Source: an uncultured delta proteobacterium | GTDB taxonomy: Bacteria > Myxococcota_A > Polyangia > Haliangiales > Haliangiaceae | DNA length: 64,000 bases | Direction of reading: 5' to 3' | Assembly (NCBI GenBank): GCA_963764695.1 | Contig: CAVXTW010000015.1 | Location: forward strand, 413,845 to 477,844 | Shown here: positions 1 to 12,343 of the stretch, one piece after another | Layout of the letters: each line of letters opens with the position of its first letter | How positions within the stretch are numbered: position 1 is the stretch's first letter | The notes under the pieces: model-generated | Seen by the model: the letters and a program-made list of their open reading frames with translations, nothing else | Told to the model about the DNA's origin: nothing | The model's database searches: none | Position numbers and translations under genes: made by a program

Positions 1-1098
1 GTCGGCGGCGCGGTCCGGCGCACCGTCAACGGGAATGACCTCCCACGGGATGCCGTAGGCCGCCTTGAACTCCTCGGCCTGCTGGCGATTGTAGGTGCTG
101 TCGTCGGTGAACTCGTAGGTGAGCGAGACGACCTGCAGGCCCTTGTCGCGGTGGCGCTCCAGGATCGACTTGAGCGCGACGGCAGCGTGCTTGCACGCGT
201 CGCACCAGCTGCCGCCGAGCTCGACGATGAGCGGCTTGCCCCGGTAGGCGGCCAGCTGCGGCATGTCGAGGCGCTGGCGCGGCTTCTCGGTCCTGAGCTC
301 GATGGCGACGGCGAAGTCGTCGGCGCGCTCGGCCGCGAACTTCTCGCGCCAGCCGAGCTGCGGCCCGGACATCCACATCCCGGCCAGCGTCTTCTTGCCG
401 GCGTTGACCTTCGCGGTCAGAAGATAGAGCGACAGCCCGATGACGCTCGACAGGCGGATCTCGTCGCCGCGGCCGTTGCCGGCCAGGTAGGCCACGTTGC
501 CGGTCGGGAAGTGGACGGTCGCGTCGAACACGCCCGGCGCGCTCTGGCGCAGTGTCATCTTCGCGGTGCCGGACTCCGGGAAGGTCGCGCGCCAGACGGT
601 GGTGGGCGCGCCCAGATCGATCGGTTCGCCGGGCAGGCTCTGCGCGTCGAAGCGCTGCTCCGGCGCCGGAACGTCAACCGGACGGGCGCGGAACGGCACC
701 TGGCCCGTGCCCCATGACTTCGACGCCACCCGCCACAGCCCGTCGAGGTTGCCCTGCGCGTCCGCCTTGGCGTCGATCGAGGCGTGGACGAGCGGAAACG
801 AGATCGCGATGGACTGGCCGCTCCAGGTGACCTCGATCTCGTGCTCGCCCTGGCCTGTGACGAGCTTGCCGGCGCCTGCGGTGCCGGTAGCCGGCAGCTC
901 GAGATAGACCGGGATCTCCGGCGTGTCGGCCGGCGCGAACACGGCGCGATACCAGCGACTCTTGCCGGAAGCAGATGCTGCCGGCGCCGCGGCCGGCGCA
1001 GCGCTCTTCTCGGGCGGCCGGTCCGCCGTGTCAGACGATCTGGTGCAGGCGCACGCGGCCGCGGCGACCAGCACGAGCATCAGGCGATCGGAGGGCAT
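1..1098 (-). CDS. Thioredoxin-fold (TlpA/ResA-like) thiol-disulfide oxidoreductase lipoprotein; C-terminal end lies beyond the window edge
   Basis: Minus-frame translation gives MPSDRLMLVLVAAAACAC (signal peptide with lipobox Cys). Further on it gives GKPLIVELGGSWCDACKHAAVALKSILERHRDKGLQVVSLTYEF, a WCxxC redoxin motif. The ATG is at 1098; no stop is reached before base 1. Confidence 0.75.
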   Translation of the reverse strand, partial: MPSDRLMLVLVAAAACACTRSSDTADRPPEKSAAPAAAPAASASGKSRWYRAVFAPADTPEIPVYLELPATGTAGAGKLVTGQGEHEIEVTWSGQSIAISFPLVHASIDAKADAQGNLDGLWRVASKSWGTGQVPFRARPVDVPAPEQRFDAQSLPGEPIDLGAPTTVWRATFPESGTAKMTLRQSAPGVFDATVHFPTGNVAYLAGNGRGDEIRLSSVIGLSLYLLTAKVNAGKKTLAGMWMSGPQLGWREKFAAERADDFAVAIELRTEKPRQRLDMPQLAAYRGKPLIVELGGSWCDACKHAAVALKSILERHRDKGLQVVSLTYEFTDDSTYNRQQAEEFKAAYGIPWEVIPVDGAPDRAAD

Positions 1099-1151
1099 GG
1101 CGCAGTATAGACACTGCGACACGGCCGGCGGGCGACGGACCTGCTCGCTGC

Positions 1152-2318
1152 TCAGGTGCCGGGCTGCAGCCTGACCACGATGCGCTGGCCCTGTCGCGCG
1201 CGGACCACGACCTTGCGCCTCACCGGCGGCGGCGCGTGCAAGACCGGCTCGCCCGAGCGCGTGAAGCCGACCACCACCGGCTCGTGCCACACGACCAGCG
1301 TGTAGCTGCCCGGCGGGATCTCCTCGAGCGCGAAGCGACCGCGCTCGTCGGTGAGGGCGTAGTAGGGATGCGGCGCGACGACGACCCATGCGCTGGCCGA
1401 GCGGCCGGCCATGTCCGCGCGCAGCTCGTAGATGCCCTCGCGCTCGAGCAGGTGCTCGTGCGCCGAACCGCGCGCGCCGAGCGTGACGCTCCACTCCGCC
1501 GCGCGCTCGCGCCCGTCAACGCGCGATGCGCTGACCTGGATCGGCTCGTCAACGGCGGTGAGCGACAGGACCGAGCCTATCGGCGCGACCACCTGGACTT
1601 GCGGATGGAAGCGGCAGCCGCGCCACTCGAGCACGCCGCCCGTCTGCATGTGCTTTGTCGGGTTCGGATAGGAGGAGTTCGCGCGGGCGAGCAGCATGCG
1701 CCCGGTGGCCACGTCCTCGAGGTACACGACCGCGTTGGCGACGCTGCCGCCGCTGGTGACCGACAGGCTCTGGTTCGGGGTTCCGGCCGAGCAGGAGCCG
1801 GCGCTGCCCGGCGGTGTGGAGCGCGCGACGCGCAGGCGCTCGGGCACGCGCGGCGGGTGCGGCCACTGCACGACGCCCTCGATCAATCCGTACTCGGCCG
1901 GCGCGAACGGCACGTAGCGGCGCGCGTACGGCAGCGGCGCCGAGTGCGGGCGCGGCGAGCGATCGAAGCGGTAGTTGGCGTAACGCGTGCCGCCGTAGGT
2001 TGTGCCGCCGGGCGAGCCCTTCGCGTTCTCGGCCGGCGCTGGTTTCCTGGCGCGCGCGGTCTGCCTGGCGCGCTCGAGGCCGCTTCCGGTCAACAGGCGG
2101 GCGAGCACGCCACGCTCGTCGTCGCGCGGGCTGCCGGCCGGCGCGAGCGGCGTGGTCCTCCGCGTGGCGGCGCGTCCGCACGCATGGCCGACGGCACACG
2201 CACACAGCGCGAGCGCGGCGGCCGACAGCGGCCGGTATCGCGGCGGCCGCGCCGCGGGCCGCGGCTCGTCCGTCGAGAAAACGTGGCGCAGGGGTGCCGG
2301 TCCTGGCAAGGCGACCAC
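1152..2318 (-). CDS. Hypothetical secreted protein; C-terminal region resembles a carboxypeptidase-regulatory-like beta-sandwich (GSYTLVVWHEP)
   Basis: 388-aa minus ORF with an internal hydrophobic signal-like segment (LSAAALALCACAVGHA); the true start is probably downstream of the ORF start. No confident family assignment. Confidence 0.4.
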   Translation of the reverse strand: MVALPGPAPLRHVFSTDEPRPAARPPRYRPLSAAALALCACAVGHACGRAATRRTTPLAPAGSPRDDERGVLARLLTGSGLERARQTARARKPAPAENAKGSPGGTTYGGTRYANYRFDRSPRPHSAPLPYARRYVPFAPAEYGLIEGVVQWPHPPRVPERLRVARSTPPGSAGSCSAGTPNQSLSVTSGGSVANAVVYLEDVATGRMLLARANSSYPNPTKHMQTGGVLEWRGCRFHPQVQVVAPIGSVLSLTAVDEPIQVSASRVDGRERAAEWSVTLGARGSAHEHLLEREGIYELRADMAGRSASAWVVVAPHPYYALTDERGRFALEEIPPGSYTLVVWHEPVVVGFTRSGEPVLHAPPPVRRKVVVRARQGQRIVVRLQPGT

Positions 2319-2422
2319 CTGGCCTCCAGTCTGAATCCAGACGCCGGCGCGAGCAACGGAATCGAGCGAGCCGTGCGCATTCCGGCAGGCGGACGCTACG
2401 AGGCTCGCGAACCGGGGCGGAG

Positions 2423-4213
2423 CTACCGCCGGGGTGCGCTGTCGTTCGGGGCCGCCCTGCCCTTGGGGGCCGCGCCGGGCACAGGAGCGCTGCTGCCCGA
2501 GGCGCTACCGGGCGCCGTGCTGCCGCTGCTCGGGGGCGTGTTCCTCGGCACCGCGTTGCCGGGCGCGGCGGCGCCAGGAGCCGCGCCCGGTGCGCCGTTG
2601 CCCGGAGTCGCGCCGGGCGACGGGCTCTGCTCCGGTGGCGTCTCGAAGAAGCGACGGGTCCAGTCCGCGGCCAGCTTCATGCCGGCCTTGGCGTCGGCGT
2701 TGCTGATCGAGGTGGCGTAGGTCACCAGCTGCCCGCGCCTGCGAAGGGTCAGCCCCTCCAGGGCGTGGAGCGCGTGGAAGTTGCGCAGCATCAGCTGCGT
2801 GAAGCGATTGCCGAGCACCTGCTTGCGGCCCTGGTTGACCTGCATCTCGAACTGCCGGGCCAGCTCCGGCGTGGCGAACGCCAGCGTGCCGCGCACGTAG
2901 AAGCCGACCTTGGCCATCTCGAGGGCCAGCGAGAAGCGCACCGGCGTCGGCACCGAGCCGAACTCCGGGACCGCGATCTCGTCGCGGCGCAGGCCGCCGA
3001 CGGTGACCACGGCGATCACGTCCGAGTCGACCCCGGCCTCGTTGTCGACCGAGCGGGCCCGAGACAGCCAGCCGGGTAGATCATTGTCGGCGGCGCGCAA
3101 GCTGTCCGTGCTTGGCGCCGTCCCGGTCGAATTGCCCGGCGCGTTGCCCGGCGGTTGGCCCGGCTCGACGAGCACGCCAAGGTGCCGGGGCGCGGTCAGC
3201 ACCACCATGCCGGGGAGCGGCATCAGGTAGACGCGACGGTCTCTCTCGTGCTTGAGCTCCGAGTCTCCGCGCGTGCCGAGCATGCCGCCGCGCGCCGGCT
3301 GCCAGGTCACCGGCTGGGCCGGGTGGTTGAGGAAGCGGCGGATCTCGGCCGGGCTCAGGTGCGTGCGCGCCACCAGGTTGGTGGCGATCGGGTTTGTCGG
3401 GTTGCGCGACGAGATGAGCAGCGACTGGAACATGTCGGCCAGCGACACCTTGCGGTCGCCGACGATGGAGCGGTAGTCCGGCATCGGCGCCACGATCGCG
3501 TCGGCCAGCGCCGCCCACGGCGTGCCGCGCAGCCGGTCGTAGCGCAGCAGCACGGCGATCTTGTCGCTCTGCGGGGCGTAGGTGCGCAGGTCGGCGCTGG
3601 CGCCGGGTGGCAGCGCGATCGGCCTGGCGTCCGCGCCGCGCTTCGCACCTGTCTGGGTCGGCTCGCTCGCGATCGAAGGGCCGCTGCGCGCGATCTCGGC
3701 GGCCGTCCGGGCGAACGGCGACGGAGACGACGGCGCGTCGCTGGCTGCGACCTCGGTCCCTCCGTCGGTGGGCGGCCCTGCATCGCCGGCGCTGGCGACC
3801 TGATCGGGCGGGCCTGCGTCGGCCGCGCCGCTGTTCTCGGCCGTCTTGTCCTCGTCTGATTCGGGCTTCTCTTCGGGCTCTGGCTCGGGCTCCGGCTCCG
3901 GTTCGGCTTCCGGCTCGACGGTCGCGCCGGCGGGCTCGACCGGGGCCTCAGCCTCGTCCTGGGCCGGCTCGTCGACCAGCGTGGTCGCCGATGGATCCTG
4001 CGGGTCGAAGCCCTCGGGAGCAGGCGGGGCGATGTCGAGATCGACATCCACCACCAGGTCCGGCTCCTCGTCCCGCTCGCTGTCGCCGACATTCCAGATC
4101 AGCAGCGCGGCGATCGCCGCGTGGGCGGCGAAGGACGCGGCAACGGCGACGATCTCGAACGGGCGACGCGAGGGCACGGCAATGACACCAACGGCGAAGT
4201 TTCGGTGTAGCAT
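2423..4213 (-). CDS. Membrane-anchored hypothetical protein with an acidic/Pro-rich low-complexity linker (EPEAEPEPEPEPEPEE)
   Basis: The ORF is 2423..4402. The likely start is the internal Met of MLHRNFAVGVIAVPSRRPFEIVAVAASFAAHAAIAALLIW (a TM helix) at 4213. The C-terminal half is a globular domain of unknown family. Confidence 0.5.
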   Translation of the reverse strand: MLHRNFAVGVIAVPSRRPFEIVAVAASFAAHAAIAALLIWNVGDSERDEEPDLVVDVDLDIAPPAPEGFDPQDPSATTLVDEPAQDEAEAPVEPAGATVEPEAEPEPEPEPEPEEKPESDEDKTAENSGAADAGPPDQVASAGDAGPPTDGGTEVAASDAPSSPSPFARTAAEIARSGPSIASEPTQTGAKRGADARPIALPPGASADLRTYAPQSDKIAVLLRYDRLRGTPWAALADAIVAPMPDYRSIVGDRKVSLADMFQSLLISSRNPTNPIATNLVARTHLSPAEIRRFLNHPAQPVTWQPARGGMLGTRGDSELKHERDRRVYLMPLPGMVVLTAPRHLGVLVEPGQPPGNAPGNSTGTAPSTDSLRAADNDLPGWLSRARSVDNEAGVDSDVIAVVTVGGLRRDEIAVPEFGSVPTPVRFSLALEMAKVGFYVRGTLAFATPELARQFEMQVNQGRKQVLGNRFTQLMLRNFHALHALEGLTLRRRGQLVTYATSISNADAKAGMKLAADWTRRFFETPPEQSPSPGATPGNGAPGAAPGAAAPGNAVPRNTPPSSGSTAPGSASGSSAPVPGAAPKGRAAPNDSAPRR

Positions 4214-4349
4214 TGCATATATGGACGCGCGGGACGCAGGGTCCGGTGCATGCGCCCCGGCCGCCACCCCGGCGGGGGGCAACCCATCGCCGCTGCTGGG
4301 GAAAACGCCCCCGCGGCCCGCCACGCCCCCGACCAGGTGAAGCGCCGGC

Positions 4350-4751
4350 ATGCGAATCGACCAGGCGACCGTCCTCGAGGTGGTCAAGGAAGCCTCGAAC
4401 AAGATGTCCGACCCGAACTACTCGGCCGTGATGGTCGGCGGGTTCGTGCAGGCGCAGGGCCCGGCCGCGCAGTACATCAGCGCGCACGCCACCGAGCTGG
4501 GCGGCCCCGAGGGCGTGGTCAACACAATCTTCCACGCGGCGGTCATCGCGCTCTGCTTCCAGCGCACCAACCGGCGCAGCGTGCGCAGCATCCGCTTCGA
4601 CGAGCTGGACCACGTGGCCGGCGGCGATCGCGAGGAGGCGCTGCGCATCCAGCAGCCGGCCGTGCTCGACTACATCGAGGTCAACGTCGAGGTGCCGGCC
4701 ATGCGGCAGGTGCTGGTGCTGCTCGCGCTCGGCATGGAGCTGGTCTCGTAG
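4350..4751 (+). CDS. Hypothetical protein (133 aa)
   Basis: Clean ORF with high GC3 codon usage; no recognisable motif. It is convergent with the WYL operon. Confidence 0.5.
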   Translation: MRIDQATVLEVVKEASNKMSDPNYSAVMVGGFVQAQGPAAQYISAHATELGGPEGVVNTIFHAAVIALCFQRTNRRSVRSIRFDELDHVAGGDREEALRIQQPAVLDYIEVNVEVPAMRQVLVLLALGMELVS

Positions 4752-4769
4752 CCCGGGCTGCGAGGTGGC

Positions 4770-5767
4770 TCAGGCGGGGCTGTCGGCGCTCGCGGCCACG
4801 CCGAGGCGCTCGCGCAGCCGGGCCACGCGCTCGACCATGACCGCGCGCGCCTCGGGCGGATCCAGGATCCAGGCGTGGCTGCCGAAGCCGAGCACCCAGC
4901 CGGTGATCCACTCGAAGCTCTCGGTGTCGATCGCGATCTCCGAGCTGCCGTCGTCGAAGGTCTGCACCTCGCCGACCGGCCAGGCCGCCCCGACCTTCGC
5001 GGTGGCGAGCGGATCGAGATGGACGCGCACGGTGATCGCGTCGGCCGGCGGCAGGTAGAGGCGCTCGCGGCGATAGGTCTCGAGATCGAAATCGGCCGGG
5101 ATGTCGAAGCGCCGGTCGGTCGGCTGCAGCGCCGAGATGCGATCGATGCGGAAGGTGCGGGTGTCGCCGCGCACGTGGCAGTGACCGACCAGATACCACT
5201 CGCCCGCGTGGTGCACCAGGCCGTACGGGTCGACCATGCGGCGCACGGCGCCCGGGCGCGACGCGGCGGCGTAGTCGAACTCGACGGCGCGTCGCTTGCG
5301 GGCGGCGGTGACCAGATCGCGCAGGTGGCTGGCCACGGCGCGGTCCGGCTCGGCCACGACGGTGCCTGTCGCCAGCGTCTCGGCCTCGCGCGCGTCGTGG
5401 CCGAGCGCGCGCAGGAGCTTGCCCTCGGCCGACCCGAGCGCGTCGTCGAACGGCGCGATGCCGCTCTCGCGCAGGGTGCGGATGCCGAGCAGAAGCGAGC
5501 AGCCCTCGGCCGGGGTGAGGCGGAGCGGTCGGGTCAGGCGCTGGGCCAGGTCGACGAACACGCGCCCGTCCTCGACCGAGACCAGGAGATATTCGCCGGG
5601 ATCGCCGTCGGGCGGACCGACTCCGGCGAGCAGATCGAGGTCCTGCACCATCTGATCGCGCTCGATGCCGAGCAGGCGGGCCAGCTCGCCGACGTCGACC
5701 CCCTCGGACTGGCGGGCCACGTACGGCACCAGATAGAGCAGGCGGCGCAGACGCTGCGAGACGTCTC

Positions 5768-5771
<4 letters not shown>
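4770..5771 (-). CDS. WYL-domain transcriptional regulator (HTH-WYL-WCX architecture, PafB/PafC-like)
   Basis: Translation MRDVSQRLRRLLYLVPYVARQ...GEWYLVGHCHVRGDTRTFRIDRI (WYL core). The ATG at 5771 overlaps the stop of the upstream WYL gene (ATGA). Confidence 0.8.
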
Positions 5772-7096
<1,325 letters not shown>

Positions 7097-7307
7097 CGGG
7101 CTGGCATCTTACTTCGCCGGCTCCGTCGCGGGCCGGACGGTTTCCTCCAAACGACCCTCGACCATTACCCCCGGACACGCTCGGCCGCAATCCGGAGGTG
7201 AGGTGAAGCGACGACGCGGGCGCCGGCGCTGTTCCCAGGAGGCGGCGGCGTTCGCGGTCGGCGAGAAACTTCCGCCACCGGCCGGATGCGATTAGAGTAG
7301 CGCCGGT

Positions 7308-7813
7308 TTGGCGTCGAGACCAACTCGGATCGCGTTCCTCTCCATCCTGCTCTCGGCCGCGGGGCTGACGGCGGTCGCGCCCCGAGCGGCGCGCGCCCAG
7401 CCGGCCGAGAAGGGCGTTCTGGGCGTCGGGCTGATCGTCGGTGAGCCGACCGGCGTGTCCGCCAAGTACTATCTGAGCGACGATCGGGCCATCGACCTGG
7501 CCGTCGGCGGCGCCATCGTCGGACGCGGCATCCAGGTCCACAGCGACTTTCTGTGGCACCCGTGGATCCTGGAGCAGAAGGAGAGCTTCGCCCTGCCGCT
7601 CTATCTCGGCGTGGGCGGGCGCATCCTCGACCACAACGGCGGCGGCGAGGACGACGACGACGTCCACATCGGCGTGCGCGCGCCGGTCGGCGTCCTGTTC
7701 GACTTCACCAAGGTCCCGCTCGACGTGTTCGCCGAGCTGGCCGGCGTGCTCGACTTCCGCACCGAGGGCGACCCGTTCGGCGTGGCGCTCAACGCCGGCA
7801 TCGGGGCCCGCTA

Positions 7814-7823
<10 letters not shown>
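7308..7823 (+). CDS. Small secreted protein, probable outer-membrane beta-barrel (ends ...GIGARYYF)
   Basis: TTG start, signal peptide LSILLSAAGLTAVAPRAARAQP, Gly-rich alternating pattern and a C-terminal aromatic residue. Confidence 0.45.
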
Positions 7824-10035
<2,212 letters not shown>

Positions 10036-10039
<4 letters not shown>

Positions 10040-10803
10040 ATGACCAGGCCGCCGTCCACGTCGATGGTGCGGCCGTTGAAGTAGTCGCACTCGATGATGA
10101 ACTTCACCGCGAGCCAGATGTCCTCGGGCAGGCCGACGCGCCCGACCGGCACGTTGGCGACCAGCGCGTCGCGTGCCTTCTGGTTCATGCCCTTGGTCAT
10201 CGGCGTCTCGATCATACCCGGTGCGACCGCGCCCACGCGGACGCGAAACGGCGCGAACTCGCGCGCCCAGGTCACCGTGTTGGCCGCCAGCGCCGCCTTG
10301 GCGGAGACGTAGTTCGACTGCCCGCGGTTGCCGTAGCGCGCCAGCGACGACAGGTTGACGATCACGCCCGGGCCCAGCTCGGCCGTGACCATCTTGGCCA
10401 CCACGTCGCGCACCATGAAGGTCGCGCCGGTCAGGTTCACGTCGATGACCGCCTGCCACGCCTTGCGGTCCATCACGGCCACGGCCCCCGTCGTGCGGTC
10501 CTTCTTCACCAGCAGGCCGTCGCGCAGGATGCCGGCGTTGTTGACCAGGCCGTTGAGCCCGCCCATCGTCTCGGCCGCCCAGTCGACGAACGAGGCGATG
10601 CTGCCCTCATCGGACACGTCCAGCTGGCGCGTGTGAATCCGCCCGGGCCCGCCGGCGCCGGCCTCGGCGACCGCCTTGAGCCCCTCGGCATTCACGTCGC
10701 CGGCCGCGACCTGCGCGCCCGCCTGGGCCAGACGAGCCGCGAAGTGGGCACCCATACCGCTCGCCCCACCGGTCACGATGATCTTCATTTCCTGAAGTTG
10801 CAT
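10036..10803 (-). CDS. SDR-family oxidoreductase (3-oxoacyl-ACP reductase / 3-hydroxyacyl-CoA dehydrogenase-like)
   Basis: MKIIVTGGASGMG (Rossmann TGxxxG), NNAG, S...YxxxK catalytic pattern (SSLARYGNRGQSNYVSAKAA). Confidence 0.85.
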
Positions 10804-10908
10804 GGTCTCTCCTGTGGCTGGGGGCAGGCTACTGAGCCCGGGCGCAGCCCGTCAAGGCGCGGTCCGGCCCGACGGCGCGGCGTCCCACGGCCCGGCTGCT
10901 CGCCGCCC

Positions 10909-11298
10909 TCAGCGGACCTGCGACCTACCGGGACCCTGCTGGCGCGACGTCGCCGTCGGGCGGCGCCCGTCGTCGTCCCCCTCGACGTACGCGATCGCGT
11001 CCTTGCACTCGAGGCCCTCGAAGGTCCTCAGGCTCTCGCGATCCGGCTCGCCCTGGTAGACGAAGATGTCGCGGCAGTCGGCCACGCACGTGCGAAACGA
11101 CTCCGGCTTCTCGTCGTCCTTGCACGACAGGTAGTGCTGGCATGCGCCATCGCACGTCCCGCTCGTCGTCGAGAACCCGGTGAAGCGCCCGTAGCGGACG
11201 CACGACAGCGACGCGGCCATCAGCGCCGCGCCGATCGCGACACCCCTCCACCAGGCCAGCCTCGCCCCCGGCCGACCCGCCGCGCTTCGCGCTACCAC
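10909..11298 (-). CDS. Cys-rich putative lipoprotein, hypothetical
   Basis: ALMAASLSC lipobox-like signal and 8 Cys in ~90 aa; no family assignment. Confidence 0.4.
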   Translation of the reverse strand: MVARSAAGRPGARLAWWRGVAIGAALMAASLSCVRYGRFTGFSTTSGTCDGACQHYLSCKDDEKPESFRTCVADCRDIFVYQGEPDRESLRTFEGLECKDAIAYVEGDDDGRRPTATSRQQGPGRSQVR

Positions 11299-11379
11299 CG
11301 GACAAGCCTACGAGCGCCCCGTCTCGGAGTCCAGCGCCTCCTCGGTCGCACCCGCTGACATCGCCGCGGTCAGTCCTGT

Positions 11380-12189
11380 TCAGTCGCCTTCGCCGCCGCC
11401 AGAGGTGCTTGCCCCGGGCGCCGCCGGCGCTCCGCCGAACTCGCCATGACGCCCCGCTCCGCGCTGGAACCGCCCCGCTCCGGTGACGCCTTCCTGCAGG
11501 GCCCGCATCCCGTGCGCCAGCTCGTTGGCCACCGCATCGGCCCGCTCGAGATCCCACTGCTCGATGGCCGACAAGCGATCGCCTCTCATGGCCGCCTGCG
11601 GGAATGCCGCCAGCTCTCGCGCCAGCTCCTCGGCCGCCGCGCGCGCCGCGCCAACCGGCACAACCCGGCTGGCCAGCCCGATGGCCAGCGCCTCGGCGGA
11701 CGCCACCGGCCGGCCGGTCAGGATGAGATCCATGGCGCGACCGTGCCCGACGATGCGCGGCAGTCGCAGCGTGCCGCAGTCGATGAGCGGCACGCCCCAG
11801 CGACGGCAGAACACGCCGAACACCGCGTCCTCCTCGACCACGCGCAGGTCGCACCACAGCGCCAGCTCGAGCCCCCCGGCCACCGCGTAGCCGCTCACCG
11901 CGGCGATGACCGGCTTGCTCAGGACCATGCGCGTGGGCCCCATCGGGGCATCGCCATCGGGCGCGACCCGGTTGGCGCGACCGGCCGCGATCGCCTTGAG
12001 GTCCGCTCCGGCGCAGAAGGTGCCGTTGGCCCCCCACAGGACCGCCACCCGCGCCTCGTCGTCCGCCTCGAACTCGCGAAACGCATCGGCCAGCGCCGTC
12101 GCGGTCTCGATGTCAACCGCGTTGCGCGCGGCCGCGCGGTCCAGGATCACCGTCGTCACGGGTGGCTGCCTCTCGACCAGAACCGGCAT
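11380..12189 (-). CDS. Enoyl-CoA hydratase/isomerase (crotonase family)
   Basis: VILDRAAARNAVD...FCAGADLKA...AAVSGYAVAGGLELALWCDLRV is the crotonase oxyanion-hole pattern. Confidence 0.85.
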   Translation of the reverse strand: MPVLVERQPPVTTVILDRAAARNAVDIETATALADAFREFEADDEARVAVLWGANGTFCAGADLKAIAAGRANRVAPDGDAPMGPTRMVLSKPVIAAVSGYAVAGGLELALWCDLRVVEEDAVFGVFCRRWGVPLIDCGTLRLPRIVGHGRAMDLILTGRPVASAEALAIGLASRVVPVGAARAAAEELARELAAFPQAAMRGDRLSAIEQWDLERADAVANELAHGMRALQEGVTGAGRFQRGAGRHGEFGGAPAAPGASTSGGGEGD

Positions 12190-12207
12190 CGCGCTCCTCG
12201 TCTAGCC

Positions 12208-12343
12208 TTACTGTGTCAGAGACACAGTAGGGCCAGGCCATTGTTGGGCATAGCCCTCCGGACGGCCGCACTCGCGGCCGGGGAAATCCGCTCGCTTGCG
12301 CTGCGCGGATTTCTGCGAGCACTACTGTTCGACACAGTAGTGC
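12208..12343. promoter_or_regulatory. Two palindromic operator-like sites sharing TACTGT...ACAGTA ends
   Basis: Site 1 at 12208..12230 is TTACTGTGTC-aga-GACACAGTAG. Site 2 at 12319..12343 is GCACTACTGT-tcgac-ACAGTAGTGC. They lie between the kinase stop and the hydratase start. Confidence 0.4.

Noticed and set aside
975-2720. 581-aa plus ORF across the first two genes
   Set aside because: It is antisense to the thioredoxin-like lipoprotein and the 1152..2318 gene, with a low-complexity translation.
12319-12343. Rho-independent terminator for the 12343..14427 kinase
   Set aside because: The 10-bp palindrome overlaps the stop codon but is not followed by a U-rich tract on the transcribed strand. 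It fits an operator better.
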